Origin: Felis catus
Taxonomy: Eukaryota
Direction: 5' to 3'
Assembly: GCF_018350175.1 (NCBI RefSeq)
Contig: NC_058368.1
Coordinates: 177,074,001-177,138,000 of the forward strand
Length of the DNA stretch: 64,000 nucleotides
Shown: piece after piece, positions 50,501 through 63,704 of the stretch
How the letters are laid out: each line of letters begins with the position of its first letter
Position numbering within the stretch: the first letter of the stretch is position 1
Made by a program: the position numbers and the translations under genes
Notes under the pieces: model-generated
What the model saw: the letters and a program-made list of their open reading frames with translations, nothing else
Database searches by the model: none
What the model was told of the DNA's origin: nothing

Positions 50501-53500
50501 TGCAAAGAAGATAGGATGTTTTTTCATTATGGAAAAAGAGAGTATTGGTTTGAACTAAAATGGTTGTTCCAGAATAAGAAAGTAAAAAGAATGGGACAGA
50601 GCCTAAATGGATATAGAAAGTTGCAGAAGGTTTGTGGAAAAGAAATTTTATGTCGTGAGGTCAAAGCTGAGTAAAACTGAATAGATTTACCATAAGGGTT
50701 TTTAAAAATAAGCTTTAATATATAGTGTATTTATATAAAACTGTAATTTGATTTTCTTTCATATGCTAAAAGGACAAAGTTTTCTTAGATTATTGGTCTG
50801 CTCTTTTTTTATAAAAATGTTTTTAATGTTTATTTATTTTTGAGAGAGAGAGAGCCAAAGTGTGAGCAGGGGTGGAGCAGACAGAGAGGGACACACAGGA
50901 TCAGAAGCAAGCTCCAGGCTCTGAGCTGTCGGCACAGAGCCTGACATGGGCTTGAACTCACAGACCATGAAATCATGACCTGAGCCAAAATCCGATGCTT
51001 AACTGACTGAGCCACCCAGGAGCCCTTGGTCTGCTCTTAACAGGATTATGAAAGGGTTTCCTTGACTTTTAAGTAATTTGCTTAGAAAACAAAGATTCTA
51101 TGTTTTATCAAAATAATTTCCTGTGGTTTATATTGTCTTTATCATGCTTTTGATTACTTTAAAAAACCCCGAGTCTTCGCCATTAAAAGAGATAAGTTTT
51201 TTGTTTTTTTTTAAATTTTTTTTTCAACGTTTTTATTTATTTTTGGGACAGAGAGAGACAGAGCATGAAAGGGGGAGGGGCAGAGAGAGAGGGTGACACA
51301 GAATCGGAAACAGGCTCCAGGCTCTGAGCCATCAGCCCAGAGCCCGACGCGGGGCTCGAACTCACGGACCGCGAGATCGTGACCCGGCTGAAGTCGGACG
51401 CTTAACCGACTGCGCCACCCAGGCGCCCCAAGTTTTTTTTTTTTTTTTTACAAATATACAACTTTCTGTATTTGCCTTTGAAATCTTTTGTCACTTTGAA
51501 TGGACATTAAGTACAGTTTCACAGTGAAACTGTTGTCCTATTTGATCAAGTGTTTTAAATCTTTTGGGGTGCCTGGGTGGCTCAGTCGGTTGAGCACCTT
51601 ACTTGGGCTCAGGTCATGATCTTGCAGTTCATGAGTTTGAGCCCCATGTCAGGCTCTGTGCTGACAGCTCAGGGCCTGAAGCCTGCTTCAGATTCTGTGT
51701 CTCCCTCTCTCTCTGCCTCTCACCTGCTTGCGCTCTCTCTCAAAAATAAACATTAAAAAAAAATTTAAATCTTTTGACACTTTTTAAAAAAATTCTAATT
51801 TTTTTGTTTTTGAGAGAGAGAACATGAGTGAGGAGGGAGGGCCAGAGAGGAGGACAGAGGATCTAACGTGGGCTCTGCTGACCACAGACAGCCGGATGTG
51901 GGGCTGGAACTCATGAATCATCAGATCATGACCTGAGCCGAAGTTGGACGCTTAACTGACTGAGCCACCCAGGTGCCCCTCTTTTGACATTTTTAACGAA
52001 CTTCACCAAATCAAATTATTTTTTGTTTTTTTAAAGATTTTATTTTTGAGGTGCCTGGGTGGCTCAGTTGGCTAAACGTTTGGCACTTGATTTCAGCTCA
52101 GGTTATGATCTCACAGTTTGTGGGTTCAAGCTCCGTGTTGGGCTCTGTGCTGACAATGAGGAGCCTGCTTAGGACTCTCTCTCTCTCCCTCCCTCTCTGC
52201 CCTTCCCTTGCTCACGCTCTCCCTCTAATAAATAAATAAATAAATAAAACTTAAAAAAAAAGAAAAAAGAAAAAGGCTTTTATTTTGAAGTAATCTCTAC
52301 ACTCAGTGTGGGGCTTGAACTCACAACCCCAAGATCCAGAGTCTCATGCTCCACCAACTGAGCCAGCCAGATGCTCCTCACCAAATCAAATTCTCTTTTT
52401 TAATTTGAACTAATTTTGGGATTTTCCTGAGGAACCTTTAAAAAAATCTCAAAAGATTTGCGCTCTTTCCGCATAAAAGAGAAATATTAATTTATTTAGG
52501 CTTAGTTGATATATTAAGCTGCATGGGAAACATTGCCAAATAAGAAGTTTGCTTAATCTCCTTAGCGAGCCTCGCATTGGGCTCTGTGCTGACAGCTCAA
52601 AGCCTGGAGCCTGCTTCCGATTCTGTGTCTCCTTCTCTCTCTGCCCCTCCCCTACTCATGATCTGTCTGTCTCTCTCTCTCTCAAAAATAAATAAACATT
52701 AAAATAAATTTATAAAAATAAAGTACTATATATCACAAAAGTAACAATTTGCTTTTCAATTGCATCTTTTTTTTTTTTTTTGGTGAACTCTTACCAGATC
52801 TTTAACCAAAGCTATTTTTAAGTCTCTTCATTCACAATCATTTATTGTTTTACTCTTTTTCTCTGGAAGCACTTACAATCAACTACAGGCAAAAATGCTT
52901 CATCTTCAAAAAGATTCATGGAAAAGACCCTGACAACTACTCTATAATACAGGTTTCTTTTCTTTTTTTTTTTTTTTTAATTTTTTTTTCAATGTTTATT
53001 TATTTTTGGGACAGAGAGAGACAGAGCATGAACAGGGGAGGGGCAGAGAGAGAGGGAGACACAGAATTGGAAACAGGCTCCAGGCTCTGAGCCATCAGCA
53101 CAGAGCCCGACGCGGGGCTCGAACTCCCGGAACGCGAGATCGTGACCTGGCTGAAGTCGGACGCTTAACCGACTGCGCCACCCAGGCGCCCCTATAATAC
53201 AGGTTTCTGATAACATTAAATACTACCACTGACCTAGGTAAGAATTTCTAAACATCTAATGGAAAGGTGATTGATTCACAAAGCTGCTAACCCAAGATGA
53301 AGCAAAAAAAAATTACAGGTCTCTGAATAAACTGATGAAGATGATTATAAATACAAATTAAAAATGTAAATCAAAAGTACAATGAGGTATCACCTCACCC
53401 CTGTCAGAATGGCTAAAACAAAAAACACAAGAAGGGGGCACCTGACTGGCTCACTGGGTAGAGCATGTGACTCTTTTTTTTTCTTAATTTTTTAATGTTT

Positions 53501-53507
53501 ATTTATT

Positions 53508-53550
<43 letters not shown>

Positions 53551-54938
53551 AGTGGAGGAGCAGAGAGAGAGAGGGAGACACAGAAACAGAAGCTGGCTCC
53601 AGGCTCTATCTAAGCTGTCAGCACAGAGCCCGATGAAGGGCTTGAACTCACAAACTGCGAGATCATGACCTGAGCTGAAGTCAGACGCTTAATCGACTGA
53701 GTCACCCAGGTACCCCTGTGACTCTTGATCTCAGGGTCGTGAGTTTGAGCTCCAAGTTGGATGTAGAGATTACTTAAATGATTAAATAAATAAAAACTAA
53801 ACAAACAAAACCCCCAAAAGAAACCAGTGTTGGTGAGGATATGGAGAAAAAGGAACCCTCTTGCACTAATGGTGGGAATGCAAATTGGTGAAGCCACTGT
53901 GGAAAACAGTATGGAGGTTCCTCAAAAAGTTAAAAATAGAACTATTCTATGGTTCAGAAATTGCACCATTGGGTATCTACCCCCAAAGTACAAAAACACG
54001 AATTCAAAGATACGTGCACCCTTATGTTTATAGCACCATTATTTACAATAGCCAAATTATGGAAGCAGCCCAAGTTATATCGATAGATGATGGATAGGGG
54101 CGCCTGAGTGGCTCAGTCAGTTAAGCATCCGACTTTGGCTCAGGTCATGATCTCACAGTTCATGAGTTCGAGCCCCATGTCGGGCTCTGTGCTGACTGCT
54201 CAGAGCCTGGAGTCTGCTTCAGATTCTGTGCCTCCCTCTCACTCTACCCCTCCCCAACTCGTGCTCTTTCTCTCTCTCACTCTCTCTCAAAAATAAACAT
54301 TAAAAAAATAGATGAATGAATAAAGAAGTAGTATAATATATATACAATGGAATATTATTTGGCTAAAAAAAGGATGAAATCTTGCCACTTGCAATGACAT
54401 GGATAGAGCTAGAGAGTATAATGCTAAGCAAAATAAATCAGACAAAGCCAAATACTGTATGATTTCACTCATATGTGGAATTTAAGAAACAAAACCAGTG
54501 AGGGGCTCCTGGGTGGCTAATCATCTGACTCTTGATCTCAGCTTAGGTCTTGATCTCAGGGTCATGAGTTCAAGCCCAGGACTGGGCTCCCTGCTGGGCG
54601 TGAAGCCTACTTAAAAAACAAATAAACAAACAAAAGAACACCAGAAATGAGCAAAGGAAAGAAAGCACAGAGCCAAACCAAGAAACAGACTCTCTTTTTC
54701 TTTTAGGTAAGCTCTATGCCCAACATGGGGCTTGAACTCATGACCCCAAGATCAAGAGTCTTATGGTCTACTGACTAAGCCAGCCAGATGTCCCTTAAGA
54801 AACAGACTCTTCACTATAGAGAACTGATGGTTATCAGAGGGGAAGTGGATGGGGGAGTTGGTGAAATAGGTGATGGGGATTGAGGAGGGCACTTGTGATG
54901 AGCACTGGGTGGCATTTTTTGTTTTTTGTTTTTTTTTT

Positions 54939-54972
<34 letters not shown>

Positions 54973-56958
54973 ACGCGTGAGCATGCACGAGTGGGGGAAG
55001 GGCAGAGGGGGAGAGAGAGAATTTTAAGCAGGCTCCATGACCAGTGAGCAGCCAGACTCGGCACTGGATCCCATGACCATGAGATAATGACCTGAGCCAA
55101 AATCAAGAGTCGGAGGCTCAACTGACTGAGCCACCCAGGCACCCTAGAAATTGTTCAATCACTATATTGTACCCCTGAAACTAATATAACACTATAATTT
55201 TTAATGACTTCATTAAAACATTGATGGTTAATGTTTTGTTTTCCAGATTTAAAGGATCCCCTTTTCTCTTCTAAGCAATTTACATCTTACAGCAAATTGA
55301 TAAAGTATACATTTGTAAACAAAAGTTGAAACATTACCTTTTCCTCCCTACCTGATCCCTCCAGAATTCAGAAACTCCTATTAAATATTAAGTTTATTTA
55401 TTTATTTTGAGAGAGAGAGGAAGAGCAAGCACACACATGTGTGTGGTGGGGGGAGGGGCAGAGAGAGAAGGAAAGAGAAAGAATCTCAAGCAGGCTCTGC
55501 ACTGATCTGTCAGTGTGGACCCAGATGCCGGGCTCAAACTCGAGAACTGTGAGATCATGACCTGAGTTGAAATCAAAAGTTGGGCACTTAACCGACTGAG
55601 CCACCCAGGTTATTACATATTCTCATTTTTCAAGACAATGTATGTATTTAAATAAGTTCTATAAGAGTCTGTTCTCCTTATAACAGGACACAATTAGACA
55701 AATCCTTAACTTGGCTCTTAGCCTAAAGAGACTTTAAAGTTCTGGGATTCCTTACTATCAGGAAATTTTAAAGAACTAAGGTTGACTTTATGAAGCCTAT
55801 GAAACCCCTTGGATATTGCCAAAAGTTTGACAAGAACATCTTATTTGAGAATATGCATAGAATCACTCTTCTTACTACACTTCTGTAAATAATCCAAGTT
55901 TAATAAGATTAGATTTAATTTTTACGAATTAGTTTCACTGTATGTATCTTTGATAAAAATGGTATAAGTATAAACAAATTATATTTGAATAGAAAACTGT
56001 AGTGTACCCATTATCAGATTCTAGTCCTGTTAACTGTCGAAGGTTTTGTTATCTACTTGACTTCAGAGAAATCACAATAGATCTTCATGTCTGTTGCTGT
56101 ATAGGCCACCACTTAAGAAAATTCAACACCCGATGACATCATCAAAGACAGTCAAACTGCAAACCAGGAAAATCCATGTGCCTGCGGCTGTCATCCTCAT
56201 TTTACCATATAAAAATGCTTCAAACTCAAATCTAGAAATGTTCTCAACTGGCTGCGCTCTAAACTCAAACAATAAATTTATAATTTGCTTGAGCTACTAA
56301 CTTTTGTTTTTATTTCCATCTAAATGCCTCCTATTAGATTACCTGATTGCTCATATCACAGAGGCCTACTTAACATGGAAGCTCATTTGTAAAACTGCCT
56401 CCTGTACAGTATCACATCCTCATGTTCATGCTGTCCTAAATAATCAGAAGGATATGCGATTGCTAATACGTCTGTTGTGCTTATGTAAGATAACTTCCAA
56501 AAAAAAAAAAAAGTAGATTGAATTAGAAAAGTAAAACCTGAATCTGATCAGAACCCATTTAAGTCGATTAGTTGGTTAAATCTTGGCTTCGGGGAAGCTC
56601 GGCTCTGGGTAATTTTTCAATCCTTGTTTATTGTTCTCCTTAGAGTTATCAATCATATTAATCTCTCTAGTGTATTATAGCCTCTCAAGGGCTTTAAATG
56701 CTTTTGGGTAGCCATTCATACATCAAAATATATCCATCAGGATTAGATAATGCAAGAAACTCAATGATCTGACCTCCCATATATATATGATGATCTGACT
56801 GCTGGCGACAGTGACTAAATGACCCTCTATCCTGAGGACTCAACTACTAGAAACTATAAATGTGTGATTCCTCAGCCTGGCTACATCAATAGTGGTAACC
56901 GGGAGTAACATACTAGTTGGCTATACTCAGCTTGCTAGGAGAATGACCAAAAAGTAAT
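47200..56958 (+). mobile_element. ERV internal region (non-autonomous, AT-rich) with ~21 CanSINEs and an L1 3' fragment (~53350-55195)
   Basis: Decayed gag-like text near 48080-48450 (WPSWRSFHLDK..DWYIEASKR) and env-TM-like text near 56560-56700 (SWLNLGFGEARLWVIFQSLFIVLL); degenerate polypurine tract before the 3' LTR. Confidence 0.7.
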
Positions 56959-57788
56959 TGTTAAAATCAAACACAAATCGGGGCACCTGGGTGGCTTAGT
57001 CGGTTGAGCGTCCAACTTTGGCTCAGGTCATGATCTCATGGCTCATGAGCTCAAGCCCTGTGTCAGGCTCTGTGCTGACAGCTCGGAGCCTGGAGTCTGC
57101 TTTGGATTCTGTGTCTCCCTCTCTTTCTGCCCCTCCCCCGCTCATGCTCTGTCCCTCTCTCTCTCTCTCAAAAATAAATAAACATTCAAAATAAATAAAT
57201 AAAATCAAACACAAATGGAGACCAGAACTTGCATGGAGCTTATTTTGCACAGCAAGTGAGGGACCCTTCTTGTTCATGCCTCTGAAAATCATAAGTGAAA
57301 CTTAAATTGTTCCCCAAAATTGATATGAGGTAACCACTAATTTCCTTTCATTTAAGAAAATTCTAATACTTGGCACCTGGGTGGCTTAGTCGGTTAAGCG
57401 TCTGACTTCAGCTTAGGTTATGATCTCATGGTTCATAAGTCTGAGTTCCCCGTTGGGCTCTGTGCTGACAGCTTGGAGCCTGCAGCCTGCTTTGGATTCT
57501 GTGTCTCCCTCTCTCTCTCTGCCCCTCCCCCACTTGCACTCTGCCTCTAAGATAAACATTAAAAAAATAAATAAAAAGAAAATTCTAATAACCAATCACC
57601 ATGAAGAATAAACACTATCTGTATTCTACATAAGTTAATTTATAACAACAAACTTCTGAGCCTCATTCCATGTTTTGAGTGCTTCTAGCTTGCAAACTGT
57701 CTTTTCGGTATGTGCACAATAAGCTTTTTCAATGATTACTTCAGTGATTCATTGGTTTTACTTCTGTATTTTTCCTGAACTTTCAACA
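56959..57788 (+). mobile_element. 3' LTR of the same provirus, with two CanSINE inserts (~56980-57200, ~57371-57575)
   Basis: Shares atgcctctgaaaat, gaaacttaaattg, tgatatgaggtaaccact, ctttcatttaagaaaattc, tgagcctcattc, tcattggttttac with the 5' LTR. Confidence 0.85.
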
Positions 57789-58551
57789 CTATGTATGGTG
57801 ATGAATGTTAACTAGACTTACTGTGATCATTTCACAATATACAAAAATATTAAATCATTATGTTGTACATCTCAAACTAATACGTTAAGGTCAATTATAC
57901 CTCACTTACCAAAAAAATGTAGAACTGAGCAGCTAACAACCTCCCAAGGCTAAGGGCATGAAGATTAGTGCCCAGGACCTGATCTAGGCAGAGTGGAGGG
58001 AACCCAAGTGAAAGCGATCCCTTTGTAGGAAACTCAAAGGGGTATACACCCATGAATAAGCATAAAGCTGATACTGACAAACCTCATAGGGTTTGTAGTT
58101 CTCCTTCAAATAATCAAAACCTCTGAACTTGCCCTGGGGTAATTCAGAATTGCCAGTTCTCACAAGTACCTAGCAGAAGCAAAGGTGAATCTTCACTAGA
58201 GGAGACACCATTCTAGGTTTCAACAATTTCTGCAAACAATTTTATAAATAAAACATTTAGCACTCAATTATAAAATAATTAGGCACACAAGGAAAATTTT
58301 ATCAATGAAATCAACAGAAACAATGGACACTAGGAACAGACCAACAGACAGACCAGATACTGGAGTAATCTAACTCCAAGTACAAAACCACTCTGCTTAC
58401 TATGTTTGAGGAGATAAAGAACACAATTTGAAAAATTTCAGCAGAGATGGAAATAAAAGTTTAAAAAGGAAACAAGTATTCTAAAATGAAGTAGTGATGA
58501 TGGTTGCATAATCCTGAATATACTAAAAAAAGTCCCACTTTTTGTACACTT

Positions 58552-59085
58552 TATTTTTTTTTTATTTTTTTTATTTTTATTAAAAAAAAATTTTTTTTTT
58601 CAACATTTATTTATTTTTGGGACAGAGAGAGACAGAGCGTGAACAGGGGAGGGGCAGAGAGAGAGGGAGACACAGAATCGGAAACAGGCTCCAGGCTCTG
58701 AGCCATCAGCCCAGAGCCCGACGCGGGGCTCGAACTCACGGACTGCGAGATCGTGACCTGGCTGAAGTCGGACGCTTAACCGACTGCGCCACCCAGGCGC
58801 CCCTTGTACTCTTTAAAAGAGTGCATTTTATGGTATGCGAGAAACATTTCAAGAAAGCTGTTATTAAAAAAAAAGGGGGGTGGGTGCCTGGGTGGCTCAA
58901 TCGGTTAAGTGCCTGACTTCGGTGCGGGTCATGATCTCAGGGTTCATGAATTTGAGCCCCACATTGGACTTTGTGCTGACACTGCAGAGCCTGCTTGGGA
59001 TTCTCTCTCTCTGCCCCACCCCCACTCGTGCTTTCTCTCTCTCTCTCTCAAAATAAATAAATAAACTTAAAAAAAACAAAGAAAC
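58552..59085. mobile_element. Young antisense felid CanSINE (58552-58803) and a sense CanSINE (58882-59085)
   Basis: Head and tail motifs visible; near-TSD ttgtacacttta / ttgtactcttta. Confidence 0.88.
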
Positions 59086-59399
59086 AAGTAAAAAGTCTAG
59101 ATGTAAAACAAACATAAATGAAGTAAAATAGTGTATAGGCACAAGAAGAGACACTGTCAGAGGACTGCATCAACTGTTAAATTAGTCCACAGCTCTGTCT
59201 TTGCTACCTCTGTGTATCTTATCACCTTGACTGGGATGATAAAGTTTTGAAAAAGTTTGCAAAACATTTCTTTACCAGTTCCATGAGAGCATGGACACAC
59301 TGAAAATCTCATGAAGCAGAGCCAACAAGATGGGCTGACTTCCTTCAGCACATCAAAAAAACCCAGGAGGGACAAAGCTGAATCAGAATCTCTTAGTTC

Positions 59400-60020
59400 T
59401 TTGAACCCGGCTGTAGTCAGAGAACAGGCCAGTTAGGAAGGGAAGTTGAGAAGCTGAAATACCAAGACATAGTGAAGAATCAGAGGCCAAGTGCACGCCG
59501 GAGTTAGAAAGGAGCTGAAACTCAGGGATGGTTCCTGGATTTCTGGCTTTGCTGGCTAAGTAGGTAGAGGTAGCACTTACTGAGTTAGAAAAGACTGGCA
59601 CAACACAACAGTGGGTGTGGTGAAGACAGAGAATCAGAAGTTCAATTTTAAAGAGCTCTTTTTTTTTTTTTTTAAAGGCTTAATTGTGAATGTATCAAAT
59701 TTGAGATGAGTATGGGACAACCAAAGAGGGATGTCACCTGTCTATATACATCTGGAGCCCAGGAAACACCTGGGATGGAAATATAAATTTGAGAAGGTAT
59801 GAAGTGGGTATTTGAGAAAAACAAAGAAGATACAGGGATGACCAAAGGGATATATAGACATTACGAAAAGGAATTTGGATTTTATCCTGAAGGCCACATG
59901 CTACATCAGCTTTATATTGCGGACAGGTAACCAGCTGCAGTGTAAGGAACATACTGCATTAAGGGATGGGGGGGCAGTAGTAATTAGGGCCTTTACAGTA
60001 ATCCAGGTAAGAGATGGGAA
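59400..60020 (-). mobile_element. L2 fragments
   Basis: tggttcctggatttctggcttt...gaagttcaatttt...ggaatttggattttatcctgaag...gtaatccaggtaagagatg. Confidence 0.55.
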
Positions 60021-60059
60021 TTCTCATATACAGTTTCTTTTTAAGAAGTTTATTTATTA

Positions 60060-60940
60060 TTAAACAAATTTTTTTAACGTTTATTTTTGAGAGAGAAAGA
60101 GACACACACACAGAGCATGAACAGGCAAGGGGCAGAGAGAGAGGGAGACACAGAATCTGAAGCAGGCTCCAGGCTCCAAGCTGTTAGCACAGAGCTTGAT
60201 GCAGGGCTTGAACTCACGAACTGTGACATCATGACCTGAGCTGAAGTCAGATGCTTAATAACTGACTGAGCCACCCAGGCACCCCTATTTATTTATTTTT
60301 GAGAGAGAAAAGGAGAGTGCATGAGTGTGCGCGCGAGTGCAGGGTGGGTGGGCAGAGAGAGGGAGACAGAGAATCTGAAGCGGCTTTGTGCTGAGATCCC
60401 AGGAACCATGAGACCATGACCTGAATCAAAGTCAGACACTTGACTGACCGAGCCATCCAGATGCCCCTCATAGTTTTATATTCTGACTTTTTTCACTTCT
60501 AACATGAGCATTTAGGGGTGCCTGGGCGGCTCTGTTGGTTAAGCGTCCGGCCCTAGATTTTGGCTCAGGTTGTGATCTCATGGTTCGTGTTTTGGGCCTG
60601 GAGTCAAGCTCTTCACTGATGGTGTGGAGCCTACTTGGGCTTCTCTCTCTTGGCCTCTCCCCTCCTTGCAAGCACGTGTGTATGCTCTCTCTAAAAATAA
60701 ATAAGTTAACATTAAAAAAAACAACAGTGCACCTGGGTGGCCCAGTCAGTTGAATGTCTGACTCTTGGTTTCGGCTCACGTCGTGCTATCACGGTTCACG
60801 AGATGAAGCCCCGCAACAGTGCGGAGCTTGCTTGGGATTCATTTTCTCTCTCTCTGTCTCTCTCTCTCTCTCTCTGCCCCTCTCCTGCACATGCTCATGC
60901 GCTTTCTCTCAAAATAAATACACGTTAAAAAAAAAAAAAA
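60060..60940. mobile_element. Cluster of four CanSINEs: two antisense (60060-60467), two sense (60514-60940)
   Basis: Four tRNA-like heads and A/T tails visible. Confidence 0.85.
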
Positions 60941-61299
60941 ACACTTTAAAACAAAAAAACACAAGCATTTAACAATGTCACTAAAAGCTCTCTGGAAACA
61001 TAGTTTTAAATGACTAAATGATCTACCCACCTGTGAATGCACATAATCTAATCTATTTAACCACAATAGGTTACAATACAGTTAGGCATTTTGGTTATTT
61101 TCAGTTGTTTATTGGTAAGCTTATTCACTTATTATGTACCTATCCTCTCTGCTAGGTAAAAATCTTTTCCCCCCGCCTCAGTGATAAAATCTCTGGCAAA
61201 TCTCATAGGTTTTCCAAAATTATTTGATTACTTCTAGCTACCAAGTTTTACTTTCTCATTTGGTTTATAACTTTTTCTCATTCAGCTGAAGTTTGAACT

Positions 61300-61700
61300 A
61301 GACTTAGAAGCTTGTAGTAAAAAGACAGGCATGGCTGGGATGACAATCACCGACTGCACCATTTGATCCCCACGTTTCTTGTTCCTGCGCAGTCAGGCAG
61401 GGCTTTGTGACTTGTGCTGCCCAGTGACATGTGACTGTCGCACTTGTGCTAAAGCACACCGAAAAGCCCATGCAAGCATAGTTCTCCCATGAAGAAAACC
61501 GGGGGAGCTGTGTGTTCAAGATGGGGCAGAGTAAGACGGTGGCCCTTCTAACAACTTAAGTCCCTCGTGACCATGGGGAGCACAGTCCTCTCTGCCAATT
61601 CATGTAGGACATGAAGCATACGCAAAACATAAACTTTATTGTATCAGCTGCTGAGATTTTAGGGCTACTTGTTACCCCAGTATAACAGAGCCTATCCCAG
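61300..61700 (+). mobile_element. MLT1-type MaLR LTR fragment
   Basis: ccctcgtgaccatgggg...ataaactttattgtatcagctgctgagattttagggctacttgttaccccagtataacagagcctatcc. Confidence 0.6.
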
Positions 61701-61826
61701 TATAGTGCACTTCACCATTGCTACCACTTTGCTCTCTTCCTCTTCTTTCCCACTTAGGTGCATCTGATTCCTCCAGGGTTGGAGAAGTAATTAAGGAGTC
61801 AGGGAGGGAAGGAAAGGTAACAGGTA

Positions 61827-62346
61827 TGTAATGGATACATCTGGTGCTCCACCCAAGTCCCCTTTATGATGTTTGCTAACCTCCACCTCCCTACCTGCCC
61901 CCCAGCTTTTGTGTCTTCTGCTTCTCACCATCCACACCTGAGACTCTCTTCAAAGGCCTGCTCCAGGGCTACTGGAGCCACTGTGTCTATATAGGCACAG
62001 AGTCAGAAGAGCCTGGGAACTTACATCCACCCACCAAAAGGTGGATCACAGCCAGTGATTGCCTGGAGTATGAAAGTAGGAGTACAGAAGCCCAGGTTCC
62101 TTGTAACAAGTCAGGGCAAACTCTGAGGCATGATTTATATTCCAAAGTTCCGTTGTGGAATCAGGCTAAAGGCCCCCTCCATGGGACTTTGTTTGAAGTC
62201 TCACCCTTGCTTTGCTTCTCCCCCCCCCCCCCCCATCCCACTTCTTCTAGTCATTTTCCAGTTTTTCCTGGGAGCATTTCTTTAATAGATTCCTTCCTGC
62301 CAAATTCCCACTTCATAGTCTACTTCTGAGGAAATCTACCGAAAAC
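61827..62346 (+). mobile_element. LTR16-like ERVL LTR
   Basis: tgtaatggatacatctggtgctccacccaagtcccctt...gggcaaactctgaggcatgattta...cctgggagcatttctttaata... Confidence 0.7.
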
Positions 62347-63665
62347 GTTTGAAACTGGTATTGGTCCTAGGACACAGACTTTAAGGATGGGATTTTGGAA
62401 TTTGATCACTTGCTGGCCACGTGGCAATAAGGACATTCTTACTGATGGAAATGCATGTTGTCAGCACCTGGGATGCTGTAGCACTGCCATTACTCACATA
62501 TGTACCTTTGCACAACTAGAACCAGATATAGCTGACAGGAGTTATGGGAGCTTGTGCAATACAGAGGAAACAATCATTTAAAGGGCTATGAAGTTAGTTT
62601 ATTGTTGCTGGATGCTATTGATGCATGGAAGAGAGAAAATGACAGGCTCAATACAGATAGTTACTAATTTAAGGCAAGAAATGAAAGTCAAGGGGCCTCT
62701 TTTGAGTAGCTTTTTAAAAAGACTGCTATTTACTTATCTGGAAGGTAAATTACGTTGAAGTCCAGGCATAAGACTGTATTCTAAAAAAAGAACTTTAGCA
62801 ACAGCTAACTTTGCATCCTCAGTAAGTCTCCCATACTGAAGTCAGGACTTTGATGGGGAATGAGTGGGACCCTGAAACTTGGGGTGATGATATTTGGGAA
62901 GATGCACTTGAGAACACAAAACTTTTAGATCCCTTTGAACATGCGGGCATGCAAAAGTGCCCAGAATCACGTTCTTTTGCTAGTGGACAAAAGTAGGACC
63001 CTCCCTGCAGAGACCTCAACTGAGGCAGATGTCCTGCACAATACCTCCCTTCTTCAATAATATGCCCCATCCCCTCCGGGACACTAGGCCAATAACTGAG
63101 GTTAAGTCTCAGCATGACCGATCTGGGGAAGAGCTGGCCCTGCTAAGGGTGGAAAAGAACTACTCATGAAAGAAGCTACAGGACCAGGCTATTATGTATC
63201 AGTGAGAACCAAGAGTACTTCTTATAAGTGCACCTTGAGGATGCTGAAGCAGGGTTTGGGGTTGTGGGATGGAATACCAGTCTGGTTAAAGGAGTGTTTG
63301 TTGATATGGGGATCTCTTCCAGGACTTAATGTTTAATACCCTGACAAGGGTCCTTGGAACTGACTCTAATAGTGGGACAGTACTTCAATACTTGGTAAAA
63401 ATGATGCCCACGTTAAATGAGGTACTATGCTGGAACTACCACGACAGAGTGCTGAGGAGGGGATTAAAAGTTCCAAAACTAGAGGCGTCTATCAGTTAAG
63501 CATCTGACTTAATTTCAGCTCAAGTCAGGATCTCACAGTTTGTGGGATCGAGCCCCATGTTGGACTCTGTGCTGACAAGAGTGGAACCTGCTTGAGAGTC
63601 TCGCTCTCCCTCTCTCTCTGCCCCTCCCCTATACTCATGCTGTCTCTCTCTCTCTGTGTCTCTCT

Positions 63666-63704
<39 letters not shown>

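Larger units (their letters stand above)
39214..57917 (+). mobile_element. Near full-length decayed L1 (L1MA9-like 3' end): 5'UTR, ORF1, ORF2, 3'UTR; interrupted by seven CanSINEs and an ERV
   Basis: ORF1 remnant SADFSAEPLQARR..QPRILYLAELSFRIE; RT remnant [24 protein letters not shown]; 3'UTR broken at 46771 resumes at 57789 (ctatgtatggtgatgaatgttaactagac...gtcaattatacctca + A tail). Confidence 0.88.
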
